A DNA stretch of 64,000 bases, taken from Selaginella moellendorffii. Taxonomy: Eukaryota; Plantae; Lycopodiophyta. Under the pieces are notes generated by a model. That model made no database searches, was not told the DNA's origin, and saw only the letters and a list, made by a program, of their open reading frames with translations. Shown here in pieces: positions 49,507 to 62,600 of the stretch; position 1 is the stretch's first letter; the number at the start of each line of letters is the position of its first letter. The stretch is taken from the NCBI RefSeq assembly GCF_000143415.4, contig NW_003314336.1:113296-177295 (forward strand), written 5' to 3'. Position numbers and translations under genes: made by a program.

Positions 49507-50348
49507 ATTATAAGTGACTAAATTTTTCATTCTACTTTAGTCACTTTACCACACCTTTGACCACTTTGAGAAGTCTCACTCACAAATTCTATAGGTCCTC
49601 ATCCCAACTTGAGGTATTTGCTAAGTCCCAAAAGTGAATTTAATGCCACACTAATTTTGCATTTAGTCCAAGTTCTCCATGTGTCCAAGTCCCACCTCAG
49701 ACACCCAATGGTACCACTAACATCCCAGCCTTCTACTCTAAAGCTATATACATTCTCACTGTTTTATTAGTAGTCCAATACCATTTGTACCATGATCCTA
49801 TCTTTCCAAAACTAGACCATACATCATGAGTGGTATGGCCACTCCTTAGCCTTTTTGGAATGCCCCAAAGTATAAGGGAACACCATCCCCCAATATCCCT
49901 TCTTTGATCCCCACCAAATCGCTCTCTATCCACAATAATACTTGCCAACACCACCGTTTAGTCAGGGCCTAAAAGCCTTTACTAAGTGCCACTAACTTTT
50001 GAGACTTTCTCACCATATAACCATACCCTTGGTTACTAGGCAAGAGGGCCACTCCTCTTCCTTTCCACCATTAGGGACTTTGGGATAATTTTTCAAAACA
50101 CTTTGCCCAATGTGAGCCTTGTAGATACTCTCCCCAGCTTTTGCCACTAGGGTTCCTTAGGCATGTGGCTAGAGCAAGGTTCTGACTTGGTCTCAANNNN
50201 NNNNNNNNNNNNNNNNNNNNNNNNNNNNNNNNNNNNNNNNNNNNNNNNNNNNNNNNNNNNNNNNNNNNNNNNNNNNNNNNNNNNNNNNNNNNNNNNTATA
50301 CAAATCACCTTTGGCTCCACTTTTAAACTTTAGGGATTTGTGTCTTAG
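49507..50348 (-). mobile_element. Decayed solo LTR related to 26989-28647 (spans an assembly gap)
   Basis: Colinear similarity to 26989-27670 and to the terminus TTAGGGATTTGTGTCT. More AT-shifted than the other copy. Confidence 0.75.
50197..50296. other. Assembly gap (100 N)
   Basis: N run. Confidence 1.
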
Positions 50349-51299
50349 AACTCCACCACCCATAGACTAGTTTTGATGTTATTGAATGATAATATATTTT
50401 CTGAAGTAACCCTATCATGGATTACCATTTAATCTTTGCACCAAGCCATTATTCGTCAATGGTTTACACTGAAGGCTCACCATGTCTTCCATATCCTCTA
50501 AGGAGTATGGAACCTCCAGCTTAGAGACTCATTGAATCACTTGTGATGGTTATCTCACTTTGCTAGTTTAGATCTTGCTAAGCTTACTAGAGACACCTTT
50601 TGTATCTCAATCTTACCACTCATTTTGGAGAAGTCTTGAACCATATCAATATAAGGATTGCTCTTTAGAACCTTAACATTGACTTTTCATATTAATTTCC
50701 TAGGTGTATTCAACACCTTCTAATGCATATCTTTGTTTTATGAACTCTAGTTTTTTCATTCTAGGGAGTTTTTCACTTGAGGACACCATCATCCTCTCTT
50801 TTATCTTGTGCCAATCTAGGTACTGTATTCCACTTATCCATAATTTATGTTAGAGATACTCATAGCACTATCATTTAACTACATTGCCACTCTATCTTTT
50901 GGAGCTTTCACCTTTCACTAAATTAGAGTAATTGGGAATTCCATCCTTTTGAAACTTAATACTTTTCCCATATATCCATTAGCACCCACCCTTTTGTGGT
51001 CTCTCATCTTTATTATTTGGATTCATTTTAATATTTTTTAGGCTCATTTTTTGCCACTAGTCTTTTACACATATCCTTTAATTATTGCACCAAACAATAT
51101 AGGATCACTACCTCTATCCTTGGGGTATCCTTTTTGTTTGATAGCAAAGACTCTGCTTTGCCAAGTCTAAAGGGTGTTCACCCCTAGTAAATCTTACCAT
51201 CATTTTCTATTGTAGGAACTATCTACAGCCCAATCTCATGATTCTCATTCTTAAAGACTACTACTTTTTTGGACTCATAATACCATATATTGTAATAGA

Positions 51300-52110
51300 T
51301 CATTTCACATTAGATGTCTTTCCCACTTAAACACCATGACTAAGTCATTTCATTACCAATTGTTCAAATCATTGCTTTGAGTTAGGAACTTTATTCCTTA
51401 ACTTAGCAAGGATCTTGTTCTTGATTAGCCATAAGATCACCTAATGATCCCATATAGACACCTCATCAAATTTATCAATATGTACTAGAACTATCCAACC
51501 TTTGAGTTATTGACCACGATCCTGAAGGAATCCCCCACACTTGGCAGTGCGCCCAAGTCAGCTCTTCTGGCTAAGGGTATATGGCAACTGAGATTGGGTG
51601 TCCCCATCCCATTCACCCCACCCTGACACCACTTATATTGAAGTATTCAAGTTAGATGTATTGAGTTTCCATATCAAGCACACTAACCATGGACCACAAC
51701 TCTGGGGCATCCCCCAGTTGGTAGTATGCCTAATATAGCTTTTTTACTGAGATTCTATGACCACTAAAAAATGAATGTCTTCATATTCCAGACCATCACC
51801 ACACCCTAATGCTCTACTAGCACTAAATGGTTGGGACTTTAACCCAAACTCCACATATGCATATATGGACAACATCACACATGATGTTTAGTGTGAGTCC
51901 CCATGCCAATGCACCAAGATTATACCCAGGCTAACAAACTTCTTTCATATATACACTACTATGGTCACAATTTAGGGATCTTACTGGTCCTACCTTCCAA
52001 ATTATCTCACTTGACAAACTAAGTGATCAAGCTATGATCATACATAGACTCCTCCATAGTTGGTCTCATAAGCCTTCTATTCTAAAGTCAACTCTTCAAT
52101 TAGGAACTTC
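51300..52110 (-). repeat. Decayed retrotransposon non-coding fragment
   Basis: Reverse-strand similarity to 21520-22260. Confidence 0.6.
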
Positions 52111-52169
52111 GTTCTTCTGACTTTCCATCCCATTTAGCAAGTGTGTAAGTTGTAAGTATGTCACTTCCC

Positions 52170-52620
52170 ACTGGGACCAAGTATGGAAGTTAAGAAAACC
52201 AAATTTTTTCAATGATCCAGAGCTACCTGCTAAAGAAATGAAAACAACATGAGCAAAGAGCAAGCTTTTTAATCTTTCAAAACATGAAAGCTTGGGATTA
52301 TCTTCGGGGCTGTCTAGCTCAAAGGCAAGCTCTCTGGCTGCCGCTACCACACCAGCATGGCCATAACGAGGATTTGATGACGAAATTTCATGCTTTCCTG
52401 TGTCACCCGACCTGTGTAGAGTATCAAACTTATAGGAAATGAGAGCAAGAGCACTACTTACATGAACAATCCCTGAAAATCATTGTCAGCAAGGATGCAT
52501 TCACGTCCCAGGCCATCTGTGAGAAGATACTCTGGTGTTTCAGTCCCACGAACAGAAAAAACAACCAACTTGAGTTCCTTCAACTCAATCACGAAGTAGA
52601 CTGTCTCTCGGTTTCTCTGA
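52170..52620 (-). pseudogene. Class 3 lipase (DAG-lipase-like) gene fragment, two exons
   Basis: YFVIELKELKLVVFSVRGTETPEYLLTDGL and YGHAGVVAAARELA. Runs into retro-derived DNA before any GHSLG motif. Confidence 0.75.
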
Positions 52621-53022
52621 AATAGTGAGTGACATAAAAGGCAGATATTTGCAGGATGGCCATTGGCATCCACAGACAACTTGAACAGTTTCCTACCCAA
52701 TAAACATCTATAAATACGTCATGGACTTTAGAAGTTTCAACACAATATCAAAAGGAGAATTATAGCAATAGTATAAGGCAAGCCATACAACAGAGTACAA
52801 AAAAGAAAAGTAAATCTAGCCTCTTCCCACACATTTTCCTCTGTTATTTTGAGTATATGTTTTTAATGAAAATTCTTCGAATGAAGTAGACATTTATAAC
52901 CCACAGCGCAGATGTCAAAATCAAGATCCTAGAAAAGAAAGGGACATCTTTACTAGCATCTCCGTCAAACTCTAGCATCTCCTTTACTAAAATCCCTAAA
53001 AAGGGCTTCCTTTGTCTTGACT

Positions 53023-55936
53023 ATGGGAGTTACCATACGCATCGAGAGGCTACTTCAGGGCCTTCAAAAAAGCATGCATTCTCATGAAAAGGAAGCAGAG
53101 GCCTCAGAAAACTCGTTTGCTCGAGAGGATTACAAATGCCATGCTCAAGTAGTCTTAGATAATTTTTCCATGCATCCTGTTCAGCCGGGCATCAATGATG
53201 TGCTTGAAGAGACAACACGGTCTCATCTTACAGTAAGCTACATTTCCTACAGAAATCTTTTAACCTGTCTATTTTAGGGTGGAATAAGTGAACGGGGCAG
53301 CCCTCAAAGCTCAGTGCCGCTCACTTCAGCGGATGATATGGACAGTGATGGGAGTATGTGACATTTTTGAATTTTGCTTGTATCTAAACCGTTGCCACGT
53401 TTATGCTAGCGAGATTGTTTCAAGACGAGATTACAAAGCTTGTTAAGCAGCTTGGGGAAAGTAGAGCTCGTGTTGCTACTCTTGAAATTCAATTTGAACT
53501 GTTAAGTGAAGAAAAAAATAGGGAGAACTCCGAACACGAGTACCATTTAAAACAGTAAGAGTCCAAAATGCTACAGGATGCTAATCTTGTGACAGATATG
53601 AAGATCAGATACAACAGTTAGAAAAACAAGCTGGTATTGAAGTTGCTGAGCTGAAACAACGGCAAAGTATAGTAGGTCCTCGCTTTTACATTATTCAATT
53701 TATCTTTCATTTAACAGATTGAGTGTGAAATGCCGGCATTGGAAGAGCAACTTAAATCGCTCAAAAATATCATTTGTGATCTTAACCTCACAGAAACTCA
53801 GTAAGAGGTAGCACTCACTGTTACACACTTTCTCATGGAAACACTTCAGATATGCTGAACTTAAAGTGATCTCCGAGGAAAGAAAAACTATAAGAGATCA
53901 TATTTTGATAATGAATTTTGAGAAAATGAAAAGTTTCTATGAAAAAGAAAAATTACTGCTCCATGAACGTGACATTCAAGGTCGCAAAATCATTTACGAA
54001 TTTTAAAACTGAGACTTCGAAAACATTTCAGGGAGACTTTGACGAGAGCGAATGATGAAATTGAAAGGCTACAAAGAGATGTGCAGCGATTAACTGCTTC
54101 TCATTTGCTAGAAATGGGGGAAATGGACAAAAGNNNNNNNNNNNNNNNNNNNNNNNNNNNNNNNNNNNNNNNNNNNNNNNNNNNNNNNNNNNNNNNNNNN
54201 NNNNNNNNNNNNNNNNNNNNNNNNNNNNNNNNNNNNNNNNNNNNNNNNNNNNNNNNNNNNNNNNNNNNNNNNNNNNNNNNNNNNNNNNNNNNNNNNNNNN
54301 NNNNNTAAAGAACGACATGTCGAAATAGAACAGCAAAAACTTAAGGCGGAACATGCTGCAACAACCTTAAAAGAACAAAGAGAACATGCTTTACAAGCCA
54401 ACAAAGAGAAAGATCACTCATTTGCGCTTCTCAAAATGGACAAGGTAGAAGTTCTTGGAGACTTAGATTTTTCTAATAGCATATGCATGTTTTAGCAAGC
54501 CATGCCCAGGCATATCTCACTCAGGTTTAAAGCGCAGGAATACCTAATCCGAGAGCTTAAACTGAAAGAAGACCTGGTGATACAACTCGAGCTTGAAAAC
54601 GAGCAGCAACGACAGAAGATAAAGGAATTAAAGCGTTCCAAGCATGAGCTATACGAGCGTATCATTCAAGACACTCAGGAATCAACTGCTGTTCAAGAAC
54701 AACGCTTTCAGGTAAGTCCTCAAAGAGCAAATACACTTGTATTTGCACTTTTCGGGCAGAATGAGTTACGAAGGATACAAGATCAAGCACAATGTGACGT
54801 CAAAACGGTTCAAAAAGAAACAGTTGAAATGGCTAGTCGCGAGTCTCAGTAACGCTTAATAGTAGCTATGCCTGAATTCCGTGACAAAATATACTACAGG
54901 GCCTTGCGTGAAGTGAGAGATGTCGTTTTGGCTCAACTCCAGAAATCTCAAACGGCGGTACAAGAGCTACAGGCTGCTTACGAAGAACTTAATTTAAAGT
55001 AAGAATTACCACATCCATTGGTTCATCTCTCATGCGTTTTCAGGCATAATGCAATTCAACGCGACATGTCTATAAAAGAAATGGATGTTCTTAACGATGC
55101 AAAATTGAAAGCATTCATGTTCGATCGCCTTCAAAGTTTACATGAAGAAACTAGTGTAAACCTGCAGCGTTCCAAAATTGAGAATGAGGCACTTACAGAA
55201 AAAGTTAAGGTATAATAATGATCTGGACAAATGGTACGACTGATATTTCAGGTTTTGACAGACAGATATTACAATCTCGAGTTAGAATTAAAAACTATGG
55301 AAGAAAAGGCAAGTGTGAAAGTTCACAAAATTCCTGATGAAAGCTCACCAACAATAGTTGATACACAAGGTAACATTCTCTTGAAGTTTCATTGTACTGT
55401 TGTAGTCCTTGTAGTGTTCACAAGAGAACGAGTATTGATCCAAAAGTTGGCGGCAGCTGTTAATGTAATTGTTCAGAGACAATTGCAAAAAATGGAAAAC
55501 AAGTGTCTGCGTCTTCAGACAACTCTTGAGGCTGCTCAACAAGAAAATGCAGACAATAAGCTCATGGTTGAAGAAAATCCTCCTGAGGTAAATGACTACA
55601 AAGATGCATTCATACTCACTTGACATGTCAGCAGAATCGGATATGTGGAACCTTTACACATGCCCAAGTGGGAGCTCTTCAAACTGCATTGAGGTACAAC
55701 AACATTATCTCTAGGAAGAAAAATCACCTTTTGTCATTAGACAAGCAAGAATACAGAAGAGAAGGGTGACAAATGTTTTAGACAAAATGAAACAAGACTT
55801 ACTGAAATTGATAGCAGCTCGAGGCAACATTGAAAGTTTACAAAATATACTAGCAGAAAAAGGAAGCAAAGTGAAGGACGACGTAATGAGACGGTTTAAT
55901 AATCTAAAAGACTTGGAACTATGTAGTAAAAGCTGA
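53023..55936 (+). CDS. PIBF1: PIBF1/CEP90-like centriolar coiled-coil protein (many short introns; start uncertain)
   Basis: Spliced peptides DLNLTETQYAELKVISEE, LLKMDK|EYL, KAFMFDRLQSLHEET..NL...ENE.LTEKVK|VLTDRYYNLE and MKQDLLKLIAAR resemble conserved PIBF1 blocks. GT-AG introns of about 40-95 nt. Confidence 0.72.
54134..54305. other. Assembly gap (172 N) inside the PIBF1-like gene
   Basis: N run. Confidence 1.
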
Positions 55937-58900
55937 AAATTATTTGTTTTACGGATATCAAATTTAAACATAGCAAATTGGTTCACCTCAGTGCTTTCAA
56001 ACTTGCCGAAAGAAAAAAGGAAATATTTTGACCAAGTGCTGCAACCTCTCCATTTTTATTTATACATACGTGCCCAGCGGAATCATTGCCTGTATGCATG
56101 GATGGCTGTGCCACCGAGAAAATTCCTAGTTCTAGGTGATATCTGTGGTTCTCATATTTTGAAGACAACTCAATCCCACAATTTTCTATTGCAACGTCAA
56201 ACATCTTGTTGAATAAGGATCTCAGCTATGAGCTCAGAAAGCTTCTCAAGATGAGGATTCGATGTAAGTTTCTGGTATTTCAAGCCATTGTCTCTTATTT
56301 TTCTGTGTGATATCCTCGCAGGAAAATCAAAGAATTCCAGAAGAAGGTGGAAGTCCAAAAAGCTGATCGTGTGAGGTTGGCAAAGATTGTCAGAGAATTT
56401 TATCTGAGAATGGAGAGCACCCAGTTACTGCAAAAGCTTGCTAAAATTTTGGAAAGTGGATCCAAAAGTCTTAGAAAAACTCTGTTTCTAACTACAAATC
56501 TTCTCACGAGATCATTCATGTTTACTCCATTGAAATTCAAGCAAGAGTTCTCGGCTATCTAGCATCTCCAAAGGCTACCTTGATTGAAAACAAAGGAACG
56601 AAAGGTTTGGAACATTTAAATGGAATTGGAGAATGATAAAGCACTGTGGGCGGTCTTTGACAGGATTTCATTCCATGCTTGGCTCCTGGGGTTCATGTAG
56701 GTGTTTCTTCTACCTACATGAGCCCCATGTCCTACTCCATTATTGGTTTCTACAATAGTTTATAGCTATTGCGGGAACTATAAAAAATATTCTTTGCTCC
56801 ACCTGGATCAAAAACTTCAGTACAAAATGGTTGTTGAGCGAGGCTCCAGTGCTTCGCATTGTTGATCCATCAAAGGCTTACGAGGTGACATACAATGCAA
56901 GTGGTTATGCATTAGGAGGAGTTCTCATGCAAGAGGGACAATCTATTGCATATGAGAGTTGAACTTTGGATCTTATAAAGCAATACTATTCCACATATGA
57001 GCAAGAGTTATGTTTATTGTTTATTCTTTGCAGACATGGCGGTACTATCTTTATGGTGCAATGTTTGTGGTGTTGACGAATCAGAAACTTCATGTGTATT
57101 TGTTCACATAAAAGGAGTTGAACACTAGGCAAGCTCATTGGATGGTCAAACTCATGGAGTTTAGGGAGTTTCCTATTGAGCATTGTCCAGGAAAATTGAA
57201 TGTGGTGGCAGATGCTTTATCTCATATTCGTCATATGATAACATTACAAACACTATTTTATCATCATTTGAGTAAGGTGGTCAGTGAATTTGGGCAATTG
57301 GATGGACATACTCAGGCTCAAGATGCTAAGATGGCCTTTTTGCAAGACCAGATGGAAGCACCTTTTTCATTGGTGGATGGGATTCTTTACTACAATAGCT
57401 TTGTATATTTGCTACAGATGGATGCGTTAATTACTCAAGTTTTATTCTACTATCATGATTGTCTAGAAGCCGGTCATTTTGGGGGGAAGAAGATATATGA
57501 GTTCATTAAGTGTAATTTTTATTGGAGGAATATAAAAGCTGATATCCTCAAGTATTGTAAATCATGTGAGCTTTGCCAGGAGGTTAAGGTGACACGGGAA
57601 CTTTTACCTATTCCTCAAAGCTGTTAATGTAGTATTGTAAGGAACCAACTTGCCAAGGTGTCGTAGGCTAAAGGAGCCCCGAAAGCATGACCAAAATGAT
57701 AAAGAGTTCATCGGATGGGACCAAGTCTAAGATCGAGTCCAAGACCGACTCTAAGACTGAGTTCAAGATAGAGCCCAGAATCGAGTCCGAGACCGACTCG
57801 GAGACCGAGTTCGAGACCGAGTTCGAGAAGGTCCAAGCGATCCAGGATTGGGAGCGACCATCAAATGTACACGAGTTAAGGGCATTTCTGGGGCTATGCA
57901 ACTACTATCAAAAGTTTATCAAACACTATTCGAGAGTAGCCCTGCCCTTAATGGATCAAATGGGAAAAGGGAAGATGGTATGGACAGCGGAATGCGAGGC
58001 GGCATTCGTCCACCTCAAGGGGAAGTTGAGGAAGGCTCCCGTGTTGGCATTACCAGACTTTGAGGTAGAAACGGATGCTTCAGACTTTGCGTTAGGCGCA
58101 GTTTTGAAGCAAGACAACCATCCAGTAGCATTCTTCTCGAAGAAGTTGGATAAGGCTTAATGGAAGTGGCCTACTCATGAGAAGGAATTGTTTGCGGTGG
58201 TCAAGGCACTCAAGGAGTGGCGACACTACCTTGGGAGACACTTCAAGGTTTACACGGACAATATGGCCACGAAACACTTCTTGTCATAGCCTGACCTAAG
58301 GGGAAAACAAGGTCGGTGGGCCAATGCTTTGGCCGAGTTTGATTGCGAGATTCTGTACAAGCCTGGGAAGAGCAACATCATGGCAGATGCGCTAAGTCAA
58401 AAAGCGAGCTTGAAGTTGGTGATATCCAGCGCAATAGCAACCTTTTGGGACGATGTGCGGACCACATACGAGAATGATGGTCTAGCACAAGAATTGTTGC
58501 TGAGGAATCTAGAGGCACAGGAAGCTCACCAGAGAGGTGAGTTGCCAACGGAAGAGAAAACGAGTTATGCGGAACGCAACGGACTCATATATTATAAGAA
58601 AATGAGGGTGTATGTTCCAGAAGGGGAACTAAGGAAGGTAGCCTTAGAAGAGTGTCATGACAGACCTCTTGTGGGACATGGCGGAGTGCCCAAGACAATG
58701 GGCTTACTCAAGAGGAAGTACCACTAGCCAGATATGGCTAAGGACGTCCAAGACTATGTAAAGACATGTCCAACATGTCAGCAGGTCAAAGCCGTGACTA
58801 AGGCTAGTGGGAGCTTGTTACAAAGCATCTCAATTCCAGATCGTCCATGGAAATGTCTTACGATGGACTTCATCACGGGACTCCCTCCAAGCGAGGGGTT

Positions 58901-59142
58901 CGATGTGATATTCATGGTGGTGGATCGAGTTTTGAAGATGGCACATTTCATACCCACCACAACGGAAGTGGATGCGGAAGGTGTGGCAAAGCTGTTCTTC
59001 GAACAAGTGGTTCAAGTGCGGGGAAGGCCAGAAGAGATTATCTAAGATCGAGATAAGATTTTCACCAGCAGGTTCTGGAGAACACTCCTAGAACAGTATC
59101 GCACCAAGTTGAAATTCAGCATAGCCTATCACCAACAGACAG

Positions 59143-59189
59143 GTAATGGGTATTAAGTCAAGTTTGATGGCACTAACACTTCTTGACAG
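59143..59189 (+). other. Putative spliceosomal intron 1 (47 nt) in the integrase core
   Basis: G|GTAATG...CACTAAC...TTGACAG|AC. Removal restores YHQQT-D-EQMERVN (HPQTDGQTERVN motif). Confidence 0.85.
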
Positions 59190-59607
59190 ACGAACAAATG
59201 GAAAGGGTGAATAGGCAGCTGGAGGATTATTTGCAATGCTATGTCTCGGGAGACTAAACCGATTGGGTAAGTCCTTTGGGACTTGCGGAAATGTGTTATA
59301 ACAACTCACCACATTCGAACATCGGGGTGAGTCCATGGGAAGTCATCAATGGGCGAGCTATTGAAGGTCCTGTGGAACTCGGGATGGCCGAGTATCATGG
59401 AGAGTTACCCGCAATGGAGGCATTCACGGCGGATAGACTCAACATTTGGAATCTAGTGAGGGATTCCTTGGAACGGGCTCAACAAAGGCAAACCAAGTAC
59501 GCGAACCAGAAGCGTCAAGACGTAGAGTTCCAAGCTGGGGAGAAGGTGTGGCTGAACACCAAGAACCTCAGGCTACCAAGTGGGATCAGCTGGAAGTTGA
59601 CCCAAAG

Positions 59608-59658
59608 GTAAAAATGCATGTATTCCGTAAATGAATTGATCTTGAGTTCCTTAAGCAG
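59608..59658 (+). other. Putative spliceosomal intron 2 (51 nt) before the integrase GPY/F motif
   Basis: AG|GTAAAA...TTAAGCAG|G with an in-frame TAA. Removal restores KLTQRFAGSY (KL.PR..GP(Y/F) motif). Confidence 0.85.
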
Positions 59659-62600
59659 GTTCGCGGGGTCTTATGAGATTGAGGCTCGAATCGGTAAAGT
59701 GGCTTACCATCTCCGACTTCCTCGAGAGATGGGGAAGATGCACCCCGTGTTCTACGTGAACTTGCTCAAGCCATATTTTGAGGATCCGCTTCGCAAGGAC
59801 CAAGTAACACCTTTACCTAAGGGTATCAAAGGGGAAGAGGAATACGAAGTCAAGGCCATCCTCAATACGCGCAAGAGCAAGCGACAAGGACGCGAGGTGA
59901 GAGAGTTCCATGTGAAGTGGAAAGGATTTCCACACTGCGAAGCAACATGGGAACCGGAGGAGAACCTAGCGAACGCGCGAGATCTAGTGGAGGAATTTCT
60001 ATAAGGCAGAACTCTATGTACTTATGCAAAGTTCAATTAAAAGTATCAATTTGAGAAGTTGAGCAATGGCATATGTTGGGACCCGAAGGCGCGCCGAAGG
60101 TAAGCTAATTAGCATGGGTTAGCTAAGTCGACCAGGCGTAGGGAACTACGCCTAACTCCCTACGGGGATATCGAATCCGTAGACGTATTCTATGGAGGTT
60201 GGGTTCAAGTCCCAACCCCCTAGTAAAGCAAGGCTGGGTTCAAGTCCCGACCCCATACTAGGGCATGGTGAGGTGAGGAATATAGGGACACCTATATTCC
60301 GTTGTCATGGGCTCTTGGCCAGGGAGGCTAACTTAGGCACACCGCTAAGTGGGGGGATGCCCCCAGAGACGTGGTCAACAAGTCATAGGATAAAAAAGAG
60401 ACGTTCGATGTGGGTATCAAACTTCTTCTATGGGTGGTGGAGTTGTAAGGAACCAACTCGCCGAGGTGTTGTAGGCTAAAGGAGCCCCGAAAGCATGACC
60501 AAAATGATAAAGAGTTCATCGGATGGGACCAAATCTAAGATCGAGTCCAAGACTGACTCTAAGACCGAGTTCGAGATAGAGCCCGGAATCGAGTCTGAGA
60601 CCGACTCGGAGACCGAGTTCAAGACCGAGTTCAAGACGGAGTCCGAGATCCAAAATCGGGTCCGAGACCGAGTCCGAGGTTGAGTCCGAGGTTGGGTCCA
60701 AGATCGGGTCCGAAATCGAGTCCGAGATCGAGTCCGAGACCGAATCCGAAGTTGGATCCGAGATCGAGCCAGAGACTAAGTCCGAGTACTAATACGGGTC
60801 AAGGGGTGAAAGCCCAAAGCGTGCGTCTCCTAGGAGGGGGGGGGGGGGGGCTGCAGGGGGTTCCAAAAGTATAGTAGGGATAGTGAGGTCCAGGAACCAG
60901 TTGTGAAGGAACTCTCCAGGGGGGCTTCCAAACTAACTTGAGGTTGGGACTGGGACCGAGGGGCCTTGGGTGGGAGTGAGCATGGACTTGGTTGGTGCCG
61001 GAGGGGCCATCCAAGGAAGTGCTCAAGAGCAGCTCCCACTCCCGAAAGGGAAACCGACTGCGGGGCTCCTGGCTCATGTGGAGGGGTGCCCCACTTGAGT
61101 ACCATGCGGCTCATTGGTCCTCGCCCTTCCTAAAGGCTTGGACCTTTCCTTCGGGATGGAAGTGGGAAGGGTAAAGGTACCCATACCGGGCCGTTAGGCC
61201 ACGGTGTTTCGCCCCGGCGTCCCGATGCAAGTGTTGCACCCAAGACTTGGGATTTAGAGGGTCCCATGATCAAGTTTTGTAGTACCAAGGAATGTTAGGA
61301 ACCTGGAAGCTTGGTGTGCTTGGCTGCTTGTGCTTGGGGGGAGTGTAACTGAACCTTTAGTCTAGTCTAACCCGGGGAAGGGGATTGGGAGAGATTTGGG
61401 AATCCGTGGATGGATGGCTAACACTCCGTTGCTCGTGTAGTGAGTAGCTGAAACCAAGTAGGAGCTGGTACCATAGGCAGGAACCTTGGCGAGGGGACTT
61501 AGCAAAAGCTAAGGCAGTGTTGGACGGATAGACGAGGTAAGCTGGCAAATTGGAAAGGAAAAATTTGTGGCTTACAAGTATTTCTGTGGACTTCATCACT
61601 TATTTACCACGAACACAAAGGCAAAAGGACCAAGTATGGGTCATAGTGGATCGGTTGATGAAGTATGTGTGGTTGTTGGCTCTTCAAAAGATTATCACTG
61701 CCTCAGACTTGGCTGTGGTCTACTTGGAGAAGGTTTTTTCTTGATTTTGGTTTGCTAGAGGACATCATTAGTGATTGAGATTCAAAATTCACTAATGGAT
61801 TTTGGAAGTGTTTTGCAAAAGCTATACAAGTGACTTTGAAATTCTCAAGTGGAGATCATCTTCAGATGGATGGGCAAACCAAGTGTGTGAATCAGGTGGT
61901 GGAAGATATGCTACATTGTAGCATTGGTCAAAGGTAGGGATAGTGGGATGTATATCTTCCGTTGGTATAATTTGTTTAGAACAATAGCCAATACAGTGGA
62001 ACTAAGCTAAGTCTTTACTTTGCCATGTTTGGAAGGTATTTCTAACCAGTGGTGGAGTTGAGATTGCATTTGAGTAAGGATGTTTAAGATAAGCTTGATT
62101 CTAAGGTGACTAATCTGGCCACAAAACTTGATGAGATTCTGGTTGTGTGCAAATGGAATTTGCAGGTAGCTCAAGATAGAGCAGAGAAGTTTGCTAATGA
62201 GCATCATCAATTTTGGGAATATATAGTTGGTGATCTTGTCATTGTGTAAGTCATTTTTCTATCAAGTGAGTGATGGAACACCTTGGTGCCTTTACGGATA
62301 GGGAAGAGTGACAAAATTTCACATCGATATGCTGGTCCATATGAGTGCTAGAGTGCATTGGTAAAGCGGCTTATTAGGTGCAGCTACCAACTGAGGTGAA
62401 AATTCATCTGGTATTTTATGTTAGCTAGTTGAAAGGTGTACTATCTCAGAATGTAAGGCCCAATGCCTCCTTCATGTATATAACTGTGGAAGATGGACCA
62501 GGAGCTTGAGCAAGGTTCCCGAGAAAGGGTGATCACCAATACAACTCATCCTTGGGACAAAGACTTTATTGTGGGGTTGTGGGGGGGGGGGGAATTGTTA

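Larger units (their letters stand above)
57636..61576 (+). mobile_element. Chromovirus (Ty3/Gypsy) with internal deletion; 3' LTR 60444-61576, partial 5' LTR 57636-57826
   Basis: TGTAAGG...CTTACA ends, TSD AGTAT (57631-57635/61577-61581), RH (VETDAS, EKELFAVV), INT (CPTCQQVK, MDFITGLP) and chromodomain EYEVKAIL...FHVKWKGFP..EATWEPEENL. Confidence 0.95.

Noticed and set aside
55991-56640. Possible extra exons or a separate gene fragment after PIBF1
   Set aside because: Splice-like signals are present but the frames contain stops and no family was recognised.
60100-60135. Third intron-like GTAAGC...CCAG in the chromovirus 3' region
   Set aside because: Non-coding and only about 36 nt, with no reading-frame test available.
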